Origin: a virus
Direction: 5' to 3' (one strand)
IMG/VR virus record: IMGVR_UViG_2874814951_000001
DNA: 64,000 bases
Below, piece after piece: positions 38,811 through 49,421 of this stretch; positions within the stretch are counted from its first letter, which is position 1, and every line of letters begins with the position of its first letter. A program made the position numbers and the translations under genes. The notes beneath the pieces are model-generated. The model had not been told where the DNA came from. It did no database searches and saw only the letters and a program-made list of their open reading frames with translations.

Positions 38811-39988
38811 AGTTCCCAGCTCCGTTCTTCCGAAAGACTAAACGGACGTGACCACTCATGGGGGCACGCCACCGTCACAGCTGAACCGGCCATGTTTCCC
38901 AAACTTCCCCACGCCTGAGTAATCCACTTAGCGATCGTTTCGGGAACCAGCTGTTTGAAAATTTCCGGCTTCCAATCCTCCATGAAATCGGGGGTTGCGG
39001 TGCGTACCGCGTCGGCAATCCACGCCGCCATTTCTTCGGGGGTCACGTCAAAAATTTCCTTATGGGGAGACAAGTCAAGCGCTTTAGTGACGATGTTTGC
39101 TAGCCAGATAGACCACTCAACAGGAACATCGAACGGCAACAACGGCAACGGATCAACAAACACCGGAATTTTCGTCGGCGGGGTATTCGCCGGCAAAGAA
39201 AACATGAACTGTTCGCCGTTCATAAGCGCCCAATAGTTCGCTATCGTCGTACACTTCACTTGCTCAACATCGCGCCGCGTATCAACGGTTACGTTGACAC
39301 CGAGCTTCTGATACGGCATCCGAACCATGCGTTTAGCGTGCTCATCGTCGGCAAACGAAAAATCGGGGAGAATAAACCGCGCGGGAGACTTGAGAGTCCA
39401 CCGCAAATAGCAAGGCCGATCAGTGGGGTTAGACACAACCAGTTCGCCGTTAAAGTCGGTGCCGTTAAACCGCCACATGTCTAATTCTGGTTCGGTAGTC
39501 CACCACGGACGCGCCGCCCTAATCGTCATCACTAACTCGCCATGCGCGTTAAGACGGGGGTCAAACTCCGGCTCAAAGTCTTCGGCTTCGAGTAGCTGAA
39601 CTTTCATCTCCCGGCGCCCTGAGATCGGGGAAATGTAGACAAGGGTGCCTTGGCGGTCGAAACTCCATGCCGCCGCCCACCGAGCATAAATTTCTTCGAA
39701 CTCGTAGCCGTCACGCCCAAAGATGTTGAACTTAAACACCATGTCACGCGGCTCCCACCGGACACCCTCATAGGTTGCGCCCTCCTGGAAAGCCCCTGAT
39801 GTCCAAATGCTTTTCCCGCTTGCCGCGTACAGTCCCCTAGGTTTCCTGCCTAGCTCTACGCCTTGCGCGCCCATCCCTGGCCCTGAGAGAGTCCACACAG
39901 AACCGTCTACGCCGATGTACTCGATCGTGGCGGCTTCGAAATCGTTGTGATAGGCAACTGCCATATCCTCAAAACTTGGCCTAGTCAT
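38807..39988 (-). CDS. Distal tail (Dit-like) protein
   Basis: YIGVDGSVWTLSG, FQEGATY, VSNPTDRP; follows the tape measure gene. Confidence 0.85.
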   Translation of the reverse strand: MTRPSFEDMAVAYHNDFEAATIEYIGVDGSVWTLSGPGMGAQGVELGRKPRGLYAASGKSIWTSGAFQEGATYEGVRWEPRDMVFKFNIFGRDGYEFEEIYARWAAAWSFDRQGTLVYISPISGRREMKVQLLEAEDFEPEFDPRLNAHGELVMTIRAARPWWTTEPELDMWRFNGTDFNGELVVSNPTDRPCYLRWTLKSPARFILPDFSFADDEHAKRMVRMPYQKLGVNVTVDTRRDVEQVKCTTIANYWALMNGEQFMFSLPANTPPTKIPVFVDPLPLLPFDVPVEWSIWLANIVTKALDLSPHKEIFDVTPEEMAAWIADAVRTATPDFMEDWKPEIFKQLVPETIAKWITQAWGSLGNMAGSAVTVACPHEWSRPFSLSEERSWEL

Positions 39989-42900
39989 TTACCTACGTCC
40001 TCCTGAGTGTGTTAAGGCTTCCTTGCGCCAATCATGCAAACGAGCCTGATTAAGGCCGTCTCGTGTGTCTGCCGCGTTAATCACGTAGTTGCTGGAATAC
40101 GTGTCACCCGTCACAGACCTATGGATGCTGTTAGCCATGCCGGAAGGTGTCATATTCTCGCGGGTAATCCCCAGCTCAGCGGCCATAGACTCAGACTTAC
40201 CGACAATCCAATTCGCCGCCGACTCCGCCGGCTGCGCCAACGGGCCGAGCGTTTCACCCAGCACCGCCCCGCCGGTAGACCGAATGAAATCGTTGACATG
40301 CCCGATGGATGTTGTAGCAGCCAAATTCACGCGGTTAGCGGCTTCGTCTGCGACCATAAGCAGCGGTGACGCTACCGTTCCCGTCAACGATGACGCTTCA
40401 CTGCCTGAACCGGAAACAGCCGGGGTAGTCGTGCCCGCCGGGGTGCTGGAAACTTTCTGAGACTGGCTAGGGGTAGTCGCGCCGCCGAGCGCCGCGCCCG
40501 CTAGCCCCTTGGTTGTATCCATCGCCATTGCCGCTACCTGCGTGCCAGTTTGAACGGCTTGCTTAGCGACCTTCATAAACAGTTCGGTGCCTAGCTTCAT
40601 GCCGTCCACGCCCAGCGACGCTAGTTCTTCCACTCCGAGCATTCCGGCAAGCCCGCCCATACCGACTAGCCCGCCGGCAAAGAAACCGGGTGCCTGATCG
40701 AGCTGCTTTTTCATGGCCGGGGCGATACGGTCTACGCGCTGCCCCGGCGCTGCGTCACCACCGGCCACCGGGGGGATTGGCATTCCTGAGTTGATTCGCT
40801 GCAACAGTGGCAAATTACGGGTTGTTGCTTCGCTGTTAACGACGAATTCGCCGTGAGATAGCCGGGCGGGGATGCTATCGGACTTCGCTGTTCCAGCGCC
40901 CCACACGCGCCCACCTGTGGCGTATCCGTGGCCATGCCCCCACATGGTTGTGAGATCCATGCCGTACTTGCCTTTGTAGTACCGCAAGATGGCTGTGAGG
41001 TTAGCGAACGGGTGGCGCCTATCGTCCGGTAGTGCCGGGTCACGGTTTTCCGCGAACGTCGTGGGGATGATCTGCCCCAAACCAACGCCGGCGGACTCAC
41101 CAGTTCCGTTAACGTCGGTGATCTGCTGCGCGATATTCGGGTTACCGCCCGATTCCGTTTGAATCTGCTTAACGCCCGCGTCTACCTGCGACTTGTTCGT
41201 GTCATCGAACCCCACGCGCTTCATTGCGTAGCGCAACATTGTTCGCCACTGCTCAGCGCCGCCCGAAGGGTCATAGTCCTTCATTGGGTAAGTAACGCCC
41301 TCAGCGTCCTTTTCCCAGCGGTCTACACCCTCCGGCATAGGTGGCGCTGCCTGCTCCGGCTGCTGTGCCTGTGCGAGCTGTTCCGGCGCTAATTGACCGT
41401 CCACCGGGGCGATCTGTGCGGCTTGCTTCTCAGCCTGCGCCTTCTCTAGCTTCTCCTTGGCTTCTTCCGCGTCAGCCCGCTTCTTCTTGAGTTCTTCAAG
41501 TTTAAGCTGCTGCTGTTTGAACTTTTCTTCTGCCTTACGGACACGAAGATCAGCGGACATTTTCGCCGAATCAGTAGCCGTAGGGTTGCCGTTTTTGTCC
41601 TTCTTGTTGTAGACCTCATCGCGGCGCTGCTTCGCTATGCGTAGTTCTTCCTCCGCCATTGCGATAGCGGTTTCCGCGTCCTGGAAGTCCTGTTCAGTCG
41701 GCTCATTCTTGATGGCCGACTCAGCGGCTTTCTTTTCGTCTTCCGAAAGTGCATCGCCGGCGGTTTCGCCCGTTGTGGGGTCAACGCTGCCGTCTTCCTG
41801 CTGCTGTTCCTTTTCCTTGTCTTCCTTGACCTTCTCAGACCATTCACGCCCCTCCTGAATGGCCTTAATCCACGGGGGCAATTCATCGCTAATGCCGAAG
41901 ACTCCGAGGATGTCTTTAACGTGTCCGCTTACCGCCTTCTTAGCGACTTCGCCGGCCGCGTCAGACCATGTAGACGCTTTAAGGGGGTCGTCTTTATCGT
42001 CTTGAACGCTAGTAGTGGTGGCGTTATCAACGTATGCGGGTTGCTCCCCGTTCGCGCCCTGAACAGGCGTATAGCCTGCCGGAACAGTGCCGTCCGGGGC
42101 TGCTACGCCACCGGGGGCGGTTGGGTCTGGGTGCGTTTCGAGATACTGCGGTCGGACTGGCTCAAGCTCAATATATGCGTGGTCGGTGAACTGAGAGTGT
42201 CCCGCGCCCGCTCCGCCGCCAATCTTTCCGCCACTTGGCCCCGCACCACCCATTTCCACGTTGGTGGTGCCCAACGTTCCAGCCGTGTGCCCACCGCCGG
42301 GGCCGCCGTTCATCCACGAAACGGCAAAAATGTTTTCGCCGGTCTTAAGTCCCATCGTGAATCCCATGCTTTGCAGAACAGAGGACTCATCAGCAGTGGA
42401 GAACAAGCGACGAATGGGCTTGTCGGCCCACACGCCCTTAATGAAACCGGCGATAATCGACATTGCGCCCGAGCAGTCGCCCCAATCGTTAGGGGAACCG
42501 CCACCGAACACATACGGGGCGCCCTGTAGCGACATGCCACCAGGGGGGCGAATGCCGTCTACCGTTTCGCCCTTAACCCATCGCATAACCTTAGCGACGG
42601 TTAAGCCTTCATCTTGCGCTAGCTGAACAGCCGGGTCATTAGGGTCTGCCGTAGGCACCCCGTAAGAATCGGGGTCGGGTAGCGCGTCGTAACGGTCTGG
42701 GCCGTTAATTCCGCCCGTCTCAAACTTCTTGACTGCGCCAGGAACCGGGCCGACACCGCCAGGGGTGTATGTGCTTACTCGCTCCCCGTTGCGGTCTGTG
42801 AGGTTTAGGCCAAAGTGGTTAGCGACCGTTGCGAGGATAGCCGTTGAACGGGAACGTTTCTGTGGCGCAAGGGGGATGTAGGCTTCGCCGCCGGTTTCCG

Positions 42901-45900
42901 GCTCCGCCCAAATGCGCCATTCGCCGCCCTTAGCGATTTGCGCTGTGTGGTTCTCCCCGCCGGCCAATTGGCGGACAGTTAAGCCGCCCTGCTCAAGTTG
43001 GGTGATGCCGCCGTTTTCGAACGTGATACCGCCACTGCTGAATGGAAGCAAGCTGGCGACAGGGCCGGGCATGATGCCCTTAATCGCTCCGGCCACAAGC
43101 CCCACCATCGACTTAATGCCGTTGATAAGGCCTGTGATGATGTTCTTGCCAGCACTAACGAGCCACGAGCCGGCCCCTGAGAAAAAGCCAATAATCTTTT
43201 GTGGAAGCTGGCTAACGACACTAACGACTGTGGCAACGCCTGTACTGAATGCGTTAGAGACGTTAGACCAAATTTCATTGGCCTTAGCGATCGCCTGGGA
43301 TGCGAGGTTAGCGAACCAACCAATCACACCAGATACAAGGCCTGCGACAGCGCCAATAACGCTAGATGCCATGTTCACAAACGTTCCGATTACCGACGCT
43401 GCAAGGCTGAGAATGTGGCCGATGATCGTCGCAACAACACCGATGATTGTTGCGACGAGCTGCAAGAACACTCCGGCGACCTGCAACACCACCGAAATGA
43501 TCGGCATAATCGCGGAAATAACCGCCGCGAACACGCCAATAACGCTTACGAGCACAGGCAACAACGCGCCAATAGCGGGCATCAGCGCCGAAATGACACT
43601 AGCCGCAATGTTCACCAGAATCGGGAACAACGGCATAACCGCCTGTAATACCTGCATGACAGCCGCCGCGATCATAGGCAGGAACGGGGCAATCATGGTA
43701 ATCGCCTGAACCAGGACACCGCCGATGGTCTGCGCAACTTGGCCGATGATGCCCGCGAACTGCGCAAGAACGGGTTGCATCATCTGGAACACCGGCATAA
43801 GCGCCCCGGCTAGCTGCTCAATGACAGGCTGCAACGCCTGGAAGATAGCAGTCACAGCGGGGGCTAGGGTTGCGACCACCATGCCGATAAACTCACCGAG
43901 CAACGGCAGGATAGGCGACAACGCAGTTAGGACAGTGCCGAACGCTTCACCCAACGGGGCAAGCGCCGGGGCGATGGCCTGCAACCCCACCTGTAGCCCA
44001 TCCAGGGCGGCCGATACGCCGGGGCCGAGTGCCTGAATGAACTCAGAGATAGCCGGGGCGACAGTACCGCCAATGATTGACGCTACTTGCCCCAGAATAG
44101 GCAGGATAGTCCCTAGCGCGCCTTGCATTGCGGTAAACGCAGAACCTAGCGCCGATTGCCCCACGTCACTGTTTACCCAGCTGTTCGCCTGTGCCATCGC
44201 TTCACCGATGACACCTAGCGCACTCATTCCCGCTTCTTGCGTGGCTGTGTAAACACCCTTAATCACCCCGCCGACATCCCCGAAGAATGTGGACAGACCG
44301 CCCCAAACAGACTTAAACGACGCTGCTTTTTCCTCTAATGAGGACTGCAACGTTCCGGCTTCTGCCATGCCGTTAATGTGCGCCGCCCACCCGTTAGCGG
44401 ACTCAGCGATTCCCCGTGTCCATTCGGCAAACATGCCCGCGCCCGCCCCGCCGATGCTGATGACACCGGAAAGCACGTCCATCAACGCAACCCACAGGTT
44501 AGACGCGCCTTCTGCCGCCCCGTCAATCAGGGAGGTAAATGACGCTAGGCCTTGCCCCTGGGAGACGAACGACACAAGCCCCGCCGTGGATGCCCCCATC
44601 TCGCCGGCAAGCTTCACGAGCGCGTTTTGAACAGGGGAAATGACCGACTCAAGACTGCCCAGGTTATTTAGCTGTTCCCAGAAACTCGACTGAATTTCTT
44701 CGCCGACTTCCTTGAAACTTTCCTTGAGGTCGAACATTGCCCGCGCCGCTTCTTGTGCGGACGCTGGCATGTCAGCGATGGCCTTTTCAAGATCTTCTAG
44801 GTTTTCAGCGCTTAGCGCGTCCCCCATGCCAGAGAAAGCGGACTTGAGGACAACAAACGCCGCACCGAGCGACAAAATCGCGGCCGGGGTCATCGCGCCG
44901 AGCACCGCCGCGCCCGCCGTGGCCATACCCCACAGCGCCGCAACAGCCGAGAAAATAACCGGCACCATACCGCCAATAACGACCGTTAGCAGCCCGGCGA
45001 TACCGACCACAAGCCCCATCATCGGGCCGATAACCAAAAGGCCTTGGCCGAGCATCATCAGCGGCCCCGTTGTCAACATCATCATGCCGCGCGCCATGCC
45101 GCCGAAAACGGTAGTGAGCGTGCGGCCAACAATTGCAGAGCGCATAATTCCGCGCGTCAACATTCCAGTGCCACGAGACACAAGACCAAACCCGCGCATC
45201 ACCGGGCCGCCCAACGTCCGACCGAGGACGCGGAAAGCGCCCCCTACCCTACCCACAACGCGGGAAACAGTGCCGAACGCCCGCGTGGACGTGACAGCGC
45301 CGCGAATAGCTGCGCTAGTAGCGCGCACGTGTTGACTAATGCGCCCAAACGCGCCCATAGCAGCCGACACGCCCGCCATGCCCGCGCGTACAGCCCGCAA
45401 GTTACGAACCCACGAGCCAAACGAATTACCGAGAGCACGCACACGGTTAATCCCGTTGCGCGCTGTGTCGTTGAGAGCAAGCCCGAAAATACGCGCCTGC
45501 AACGTTGCGCCCTGGAATACGCCGCGCATATTCCCGCCGACGCGCTGGAATGCCGCGCCCATTGTTCGCAGTTGTGGCGTAATTCTCGAAAGCGCCGGGG
45601 TAAGCCTAGCGACATCGTTTCGGATAATGTCACTAAGCCCGTTCCAGCCACGAAGCCCCTGATTAAGCCGGGTTTTTATAATGCCGACGATACTATCAGC
45701 CGACGCGCCCGCGCTGGCCGTATCGCCGGTAACAAACGTGTGGATATGCGCCAGTCGTGTTCTCGCTAGCGCCGAAATAATCGACTCAGTTGATGCCGTG
45801 GAAGACCTGTCAGCCGACGCGGTGATCTTCGAGTCACGCGGACGAGCAGCAGCCCCTAAACGAGACTCAGCGCCCGTAGTGTCAGCGTCAGCGGTAATAG

Positions 45901-46297
45901 TGGCCTTGTGGTCATCCGCCGCGTCCCTAATCTCAGATTCAGCATGGGATGTGTCCGCCGTGACCTCAATAACCGTTTCACGGTGCTGTTCCAGCGCTTC
46001 TAGCTCAGCTTCCGCCGTGCGAGTATCCGCAACCGCCGTAACAGTCGCTTCCCTATCCTCCGTAAGGGAATTCAGTTCAGCTTCCGCCGCCGCCGTATCA
46101 GCCGTGACCGTAACAGTTGCCTTAGAGTTCAGTGCCCGAAGTTCAGCGTCAAGCTTCTTCTTAAACGCCTTAAGATCAGGCTCAATGGTCACATCATGCG
46201 TGACCTTAATCTTCGAAAGCTGTTCCTTTAGCTTCTTAGCGAATTCGCTGGTATCGGGCGTAATTCGAACTTGGGCGTGGCCTGATTCGCGGCTCAT
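39989..46297 (-). CDS. Tape measure protein with NlpC/P60-like and lytic transglycosylase domains
   Basis: 2102 aa with amphipathic repeats; WAEPETGGEAYIP; PYVFGG...DCSG...GHTA; IQTESGGNP...GLGQIIPTTF. Confidence 0.95.
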   Translation of the reverse strand: MSRESGHAQVRITPDTSEFAKKLKEQLSKIKVTHDVTIEPDLKAFKKKLDAELRALNSKATVTVTADTAAAEAELNSLTEDREATVTAVADTRTAEAELEALEQHRETVIEVTADTSHAESEIRDAADDHKATITADADTTGAESRLGAAARPRDSKITASADRSSTASTESIISALARTRLAHIHTFVTGDTASAGASADSIVGIIKTRLNQGLRGWNGLSDIIRNDVARLTPALSRITPQLRTMGAAFQRVGGNMRGVFQGATLQARIFGLALNDTARNGINRVRALGNSFGSWVRNLRAVRAGMAGVSAAMGAFGRISQHVRATSAAIRGAVTSTRAFGTVSRVVGRVGGAFRVLGRTLGGPVMRGFGLVSRGTGMLTRGIMRSAIVGRTLTTVFGGMARGMMMLTTGPLMMLGQGLLVIGPMMGLVVGIAGLLTVVIGGMVPVIFSAVAALWGMATAGAAVLGAMTPAAILSLGAAFVVLKSAFSGMGDALSAENLEDLEKAIADMPASAQEAARAMFDLKESFKEVGEEIQSSFWEQLNNLGSLESVISPVQNALVKLAGEMGASTAGLVSFVSQGQGLASFTSLIDGAAEGASNLWVALMDVLSGVISIGGAGAGMFAEWTRGIAESANGWAAHINGMAEAGTLQSSLEEKAASFKSVWGGLSTFFGDVGGVIKGVYTATQEAGMSALGVIGEAMAQANSWVNSDVGQSALGSAFTAMQGALGTILPILGQVASIIGGTVAPAISEFIQALGPGVSAALDGLQVGLQAIAPALAPLGEAFGTVLTALSPILPLLGEFIGMVVATLAPAVTAIFQALQPVIEQLAGALMPVFQMMQPVLAQFAGIIGQVAQTIGGVLVQAITMIAPFLPMIAAAVMQVLQAVMPLFPILVNIAASVISALMPAIGALLPVLVSVIGVFAAVISAIMPIISVVLQVAGVFLQLVATIIGVVATIIGHILSLAASVIGTFVNMASSVIGAVAGLVSGVIGWFANLASQAIAKANEIWSNVSNAFSTGVATVVSVVSQLPQKIIGFFSGAGSWLVSAGKNIITGLINGIKSMVGLVAGAIKGIMPGPVASLLPFSSGGITFENGGITQLEQGGLTVRQLAGGENHTAQIAKGGEWRIWAEPETGGEAYIPLAPQKRSRSTAILATVANHFGLNLTDRNGERVSTYTPGGVGPVPGAVKKFETGGINGPDRYDALPDPDSYGVPTADPNDPAVQLAQDEGLTVAKVMRWVKGETVDGIRPPGGMSLQGAPYVFGGGSPNDWGDCSGAMSIIAGFIKGVWADKPIRRLFSTADESSVLQSMGFTMGLKTGENIFAVSWMNGGPGGGHTAGTLGTTNVEMGGAGPSGGKIGGGAGAGHSQFTDHAYIELEPVRPQYLETHPDPTAPGGVAAPDGTVPAGYTPVQGANGEQPAYVDNATTTSVQDDKDDPLKASTWSDAAGEVAKKAVSGHVKDILGVFGISDELPPWIKAIQEGREWSEKVKEDKEKEQQQEDGSVDPTTGETAGDALSEDEKKAAESAIKNEPTEQDFQDAETAIAMAEEELRIAKQRRDEVYNKKDKNGNPTATDSAKMSADLRVRKAEEKFKQQQLKLEELKKKRADAEEAKEKLEKAQAEKQAAQIAPVDGQLAPEQLAQAQQPEQAAPPMPEGVDRWEKDAEGVTYPMKDYDPSGGAEQWRTMLRYAMKRVGFDDTNKSQVDAGVKQIQTESGGNPNIAQQITDVNGTGESAGVGLGQIIPTTFAENRDPALPDDRRHPFANLTAILRYYKGKYGMDLTTMWGHGHGYATGGRVWGAGTAKSDSIPARLSHGEFVVNSEATTRNLPLLQRINSGMPIPPVAGGDAAPGQRVDRIAPAMKKQLDQAPGFFAGGLVGMGGLAGMLGVEELASLGVDGMKLGTELFMKVAKQAVQTGTQVAAMAMDTTKGLAGAALGGATTPSQSQKVSSTPAGTTTPAVSGSGSEASSLTGTVASPLLMVADEAANRVNLAATTSIGHVNDFIRSTGGAVLGETLGPLAQPAESAANWIVGKSESMAAELGITRENMTPSGMANSIHRSVTGDTYSSNYVINAADTRDGLNQARLHDWRKEALTHSGGRR

Positions 46298-46300
46298 TCG

Positions 46301-46749
46301 CTAATTCTCCTGGTCTGGCAACAACTGGGATAGAGCAGACTTAAGGCCTGCGCTGGTTCGTTCCTTTTTCAGTTCTTGGAAAGCGGACTTAGGCCGCAAA
46401 ACAGGGGTTGCTTTCCCCTCCGAGAAACCGGCCATGAACGCGGCTAAAAGATCTTCGATATTCATTAACCGTTCAACAACAGTTGAATACTCACGAAAAC
46501 CGGGCGGCTGTGGCTTAGGCCGTTTGCCGGCTAACTGGTCTAACAGCTTTTCGGCAAGTTCACGGTCTTCGAGCAATGCCGATTTGTAGGCGCTGCCTTG
46601 GGGGAGAAAGTGGGCTAGTTCAAAGAACGAAACCCAATCCCGTTCCCCCTTAGCCAGTCATCAATATCGAGTTGTAGATAGTGCTGGAAGTCCCATCTCA
46701 ACTCAGCCCCGTAGGTGCCTACCGTGGCTACGAGGTACGAAATCCCCCC
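46301..46749 (-). CDS. Tail assembly chaperone GT extension (-1 frameshift product)
   Basis: The -1 frame reads ISYLVATVGTYGAELRWDFQHYLQLDIDDWLRG. It needs one extra G at C5 46645-46649 to continue ERDWVSFFELAHFLPQGS. Confidence 0.7.
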
Positions 46750-47156
46750 TGCAAAAGGCCAGAGGTAGCGCCCTTGCCGTACAGCCCTTCAATGGTGTCG
46801 AGGATGACCATAGCGAACAGTTCTTCGCCGTCCGGGTACTGGTCGAATTCGCTGATGATTCGGTCGTACTGGAAGCCGTAGAGCGCGCGCGCCATTGCAA
46901 ATGCGTCGTTCTGGTTCATTGCGCGCTGTAGTGCTTCCTGCTGCCGCAGCTTAGGCATCGGCACAACAATTTCGGGATCGAAGCCGTATTCTTCACCGAG
47001 AACAAACTCCGTGGCCTGTGGCTTCTTGTTGCCGAAACCGAGTTTGCGGGCACGCTTGCGTAGTTCGTTGAACTTATCGATCTTGGCCTGTTCCTGCTGT
47101 TCGACGTCGTTCAGTTCAACGTCTTCGACCGGTTCGAGGTTCTGTTTCTTGCTCAT
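46728..47156 (-). CDS. Tail assembly chaperone G
   Basis: Between the major tail and tape measure genes; slippery G GGG GGA at 46743-46749. Confidence 0.85.
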   Translation of the reverse strand: MSKKQNLEPVEDVELNDVEQQEQAKIDKFNELRKRARKLGFGNKKPQATEFVLGEEYGFDPEIVVPMPKLRQQEALQRAMNQNDAFAMARALYGFQYDRIISEFDQYPDGEELFAMVILDTIEGLYGKGATSGLLQGGFRTS

Positions 47157-47324
47157 GGTGGGGAGACTCCTTCATTGTGGTGTGGTGGGGCGTTGTGACT
47201 TGCCAACGTTTGAACTACCCCGCAGGTAGCTCCCCACCACGGCATTACATACATGCGGGGGTAGCACTGGGTGGCTGATAGTGAGTTTAGCGCGCTAACG
47301 GGGCGCGTGGGTGAATTCTACAGG

Positions 47325-48287
47325 CTAGCGGCTGATGGTAGAGCCGTCAGCGACTTTAGCGGAAGCGCCGTCGCCCGTCAGGGCAGCGCCGTCAACGGTC
47401 AACGTGGATGCCTGCGCATTAGAGGTGAAGACGATCGTGAAGTTGCCGTTAGAGCCGGAAACCTGCACATTGCCATCACCGACGGTAGACAGTTCTTCCA
47501 GCTTCTTCTGAATGGTGGCGGCTACAGCGTTGTAGTTCAGCGCGCCGGTAGTCTCACCACCGTAGGACAGCGTGAAGGTGCCACCCTCAGCGCCGGTGAT
47601 GGTCAGCGACAGCGGGGCCTTTGCGACACCGTTAGCAGCATCGAAACCAGCAGCGACCGAGAGATCAACCCAGCCCTTACCGCCAATACCGAAGTCGTAC
47701 ATGCCGCCGTCGGTGGACTCATAGGCCGTAAACTGCAATTCCGGGGCGATCGGCGAGTCCATCTTGAGGGACTGTTTACCGCCCTCACCGATGCTCATCT
47801 TGTCGAACAACCACCACGGGAAAATTGGCTTGTCCTTGGTGCCGTCGAAACCGATCAGCAGGATAGACCAATATTCATCGCCGCCGTTAGCGAACTTACG
47901 GGCGCGGAAACCGCTGTTGCCCTCACCCTGCTTAAGGTCGGCCATCTGAACCGAGTACTGCATGGCCAGCAGCATCTTACGGGTTTCCTGTGGGGTGATG
48001 TTCAGCGTCAGCCCCTCAGATTCCTTAATGCGTCGGCGTGGTGCCATCGAGCCGTAGCCCAGGATGTCGTTAAACTTTCGTTCCGGTGCGAGTTCGGCGC
48101 CGGCTTCCTTGGACACCTCACCAAAGCTCATCCAGCCTTCCGGCAGCGGCAAAAGGTTACCCTGCTCATCAACGATCTTCTTCGGCAACTCAGTACCGTA
48201 TGGCGCGCCGATAACAGCCATGTCGGTTGCGACAAGCACAAGCTCATCGCGCTTTTCTTTCAGGGCGCGGAAATTATCAAGGGACAT
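47325..48287 (-). CDS. Major tail protein with C-terminal accessory domain
   Basis: LPEGWMSFGEV, GYGSMAPRR, GGTFTLSYGGETT. Confidence 0.88.
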   Translation of the reverse strand: MSLDNFRALKEKRDELVLVATDMAVIGAPYGTELPKKIVDEQGNLLPLPEGWMSFGEVSKEAGAELAPERKFNDILGYGSMAPRRRIKESEGLTLNITPQETRKMLLAMQYSVQMADLKQGEGNSGFRARKFANGGDEYWSILLIGFDGTKDKPIFPWWLFDKMSIGEGGKQSLKMDSPIAPELQFTAYESTDGGMYDFGIGGKGWVDLSVAAGFDAANGVAKAPLSLTITGAEGGTFTLSYGGETTGALNYNAVAATIQKKLEELSTVGDGNVQVSGSNGNFTIVFTSNAQASTLTVDGAALTGDGASAKVADGSTISR

Positions 48288-48306
48288 AATGGTTTCTCCG
48301 TATCAG

Positions 48307-48741
48307 TCAGCGCCGGGGTCGGCGTATCGACAAGATCAGGTTTGCCCTAACCCGTCTAGCATCCGGGTTAAGGTCTGGGAATTGGTTAGGGCCGCGTGTC
48401 TCATCAACGCGGGTGATGGTGGTAACGGATCCGTCTTTATGGTGAACGTCTCCGTACCAACCAACGAGCCGGGACTGTAGTTTTCTGAGGATGTCCCAGC
48501 TTTTAGCCCGTGTTGCAGCGATCACAGTTATTTCCATGACTGGCTTATCAATCACGCGGTTAATCTGTTGCCCGGCCACCCGTCGGACGATAATGAAAAC
48601 TCCCCCTTGTTCTATGAGGGTGTTGTTTTCTTTCGTGTCTTGCACCCATGTCACTACACGGGCGTTGGGGGCAATATCGGGCGTTAGGGTGTTTAGGTGG
48701 TCTACTAGCGCTTTTTCTGCGTCTGGGAACGGTATAGGCAC
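48307..48741 (-). CDS. Tail terminator
   Basis: Synteny; FPDAE N-terminus. Confidence 0.75.
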   Translation of the reverse strand: MPIPFPDAEKALVDHLNTLTPDIAPNARVVTWVQDTKENNTLIEQGGVFIIVRRVAGQQINRVIDKPVMEITVIAATRAKSWDILRKLQSRLVGWYGDVHHKDGSVTTITRVDETRGPNQFPDLNPDARRVRANLILSIRRPRR

Positions 48742-48744
48742 GGT

Positions 48745-49041
48745 TTATGAGTCCCCCGTAATGTTTTCTAGCGCATGTTTGAGGTTGTATTGAGCATCCA
48801 TGTATCGGGTGCCGAACTCAACAAAGGCGGCGTAGTAGATACGTGTATCTACAAGCGCGCCCCATGCGCCATCCTCAATAATGGGAACACTGATGGCTGA
48901 TGCTGCAAGGTTGCCAGTACGACGGGGCACAATGTCCCTAAACTCGCCTTCCACCTTGTGCGCAACATCGAGCATCAAATCACGGCAATCATCCGACGCG
49001 GCCCACTCATTAATGAAGTCCGGGTCAATGGTCACTTTCAT
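48745..49041 (-). CDS. HK97 gp10-like neck protein
   Basis: PRRTGNLAAS, YAAFVEFGT. Confidence 0.85.
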   Translation of the reverse strand: MKVTIDPDFINEWAASDDCRDLMLDVAHKVEGEFRDIVPRRTGNLAASAISVPIIEDGAWGALVDTRIYYAAFVEFGTRYMDAQYNLKHALENITGDS

Positions 49042-49058
49042 TAAGAAACCTCCCTGTT

Positions 49059-49421
49059 TTACTCCACTGTGAGAGTGAACTTTACGAATGGTTGCCAGCC
49101 CGTAAACGGGTTGCGTGGCCATACCGGGGCGGCTGTTAGCGTCGCTATCTTGCCGTCCGGTAGGCGCACCCTATCCGTTTCCGTAATGTCGCTATCCGGT
49201 GGGGCCGTAACGCTAATGGTTAGGCGGTTACGTGGCCCATCCCCTCCGGTGTCTATCTTTTCTTCTGTGCGTTTCATTGCACACGGGCCGATAGTGTGCG
49301 AGCTATCCGAGCCTATGCGGTCACCGAACTCATCGAACGTTGCCCCACGAAGTACTGTGAGGGTTTCCCCGTAGTCGAAGATCATAGGGCCGAACGGGTC
49401 AATCAGTTTCCGGCGCGTCAC
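49059..49421 (-). CDS. Head closure protein
   Basis: DEFGD, DITETDRV, NPFTGW. Confidence 0.75.
   Translation of the reverse strand: MTRRKLIDPFGPMIFDYGETLTVLRGATFDEFGDRIGSDSSHTIGPCAMKRTEEKIDTGGDGPRNRLTISVTAPPDSDITETDRVRLPDGKIATLTAAPVWPRNPFTGWQPFVKFTLTVE

Noticed and set aside
47271..48350. Long antisense ORFs (also 2261-3004, 4579-5442, 42912-43709, 50479-51255)
   Set aside because: Shadows of real genes in GC-rich, codon-biased DNA, with no motifs or RBS.
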